From contig NZ_CP064923.1 in NCBI RefSeq assembly GCF_018336915.1, positions 4,779,846 through 4,803,845 of the forward strand: a DNA stretch of 24,000 bases, given 5' to 3'. Positions 23,980-24,000 of this stretch are shown here, piece after piece. The position numbers were made by a program, and so were the translations under genes. Under the pieces are notes generated by a model that made no database searches, was not told the origin of the DNA, and saw only the letters and a list, made by a program, of their open reading frames with translations. Position 1 is the stretch's first letter. Each line of letters starts with the position of its first letter. This DNA comes from Acaryochloris marina S15. Lineage in GTDB: Bacteria; Cyanobacteriota; Cyanobacteriia; Thermosynechococcales; Thermosynechococcaceae.

Positions 23980-24000
23980 GCATAACTATAATTAGCAGGC
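23980..24000 (-). other. attC-like site (P0), only the R' end is inside the window
   Basis: The minus strand shows GTTATGC at 23986-23980, 10 nt upstream of the ATG at 23969. It is the exact complement of the GCATAAC box (22949-22943) at the other end of the same unit. Confidence 0.4.

Noticed and set aside
1-24000. A scan for CRISPR arrays, tRNA/rRNA genes and long tandem repeats.
   Set aside because: I found no regularly spaced direct repeats and no tRNA-like or rRNA-like sequence by eye. The only tandem repeats are the 15-nt PIDDI units (16384-16428) and the 11-nt duplication inside P2.

Overview
The window looks like a cyanobacterial chromosome segment: it carries 7 HIP1 GCGATCGC palindromes, and the gene content fits. 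Bases 1-18.6 kb are mostly ordinary chromosomal genes. They comprise an IS1634-family insertion sequence (407-2183) that splits a minus-strand ORF, an NAD(P)H-binding oxidoreductase, a DUF1772 membrane protein, and a peptide/nickel-type ABC importer (binding protein plus two permeases, no ATPase). They continue with a SIMPL-domain protein, an S41/PDZ peptidase, a second family-5 binding protein, a di-haem cytochrome c peroxidase, an AsmA-like protein and gnd. One gene in this part is unusual: a PTS EIIC(Lac/Chb)-like membrane domain fused to an apparently active EAL c-di-GMP phosphodiesterase. It is bracketed by a degenerate direct duplication of the neighbouring gene's 3' end. Bases 18953-19855 are an intact IS1-family element with an 8-bp target duplication and an A7 frameshift site. 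The most interesting part is 20.5-24.0 kb. Successive minus-strand ORFs are each followed by a related 70-100 bp imperfect-hairpin element that has RYYYAAC...GTTRRRY ends. The start of each unit is complementary to the unit's own 3' element, which is the signature of integron gene cassettes with attC sites. No integrase is in the window; it would be expected beyond 24000. The cassettes encode a TIR-like + CHAT/caspase-like protein, a tandem TIR-like/TIR protein and an AT-rich two-ORF unit (an unknown protein plus a GYF_2-domain protein). Two small coupled ORFs of opposite orientation (19990-20507) lie just beyond the last attC-like site, but I could not support a closing attC for them. I read the cassettes as candidate uncharacterised conflict/defence modules. 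All calls come from reading the sequence and ORF translations; no database search was possible.
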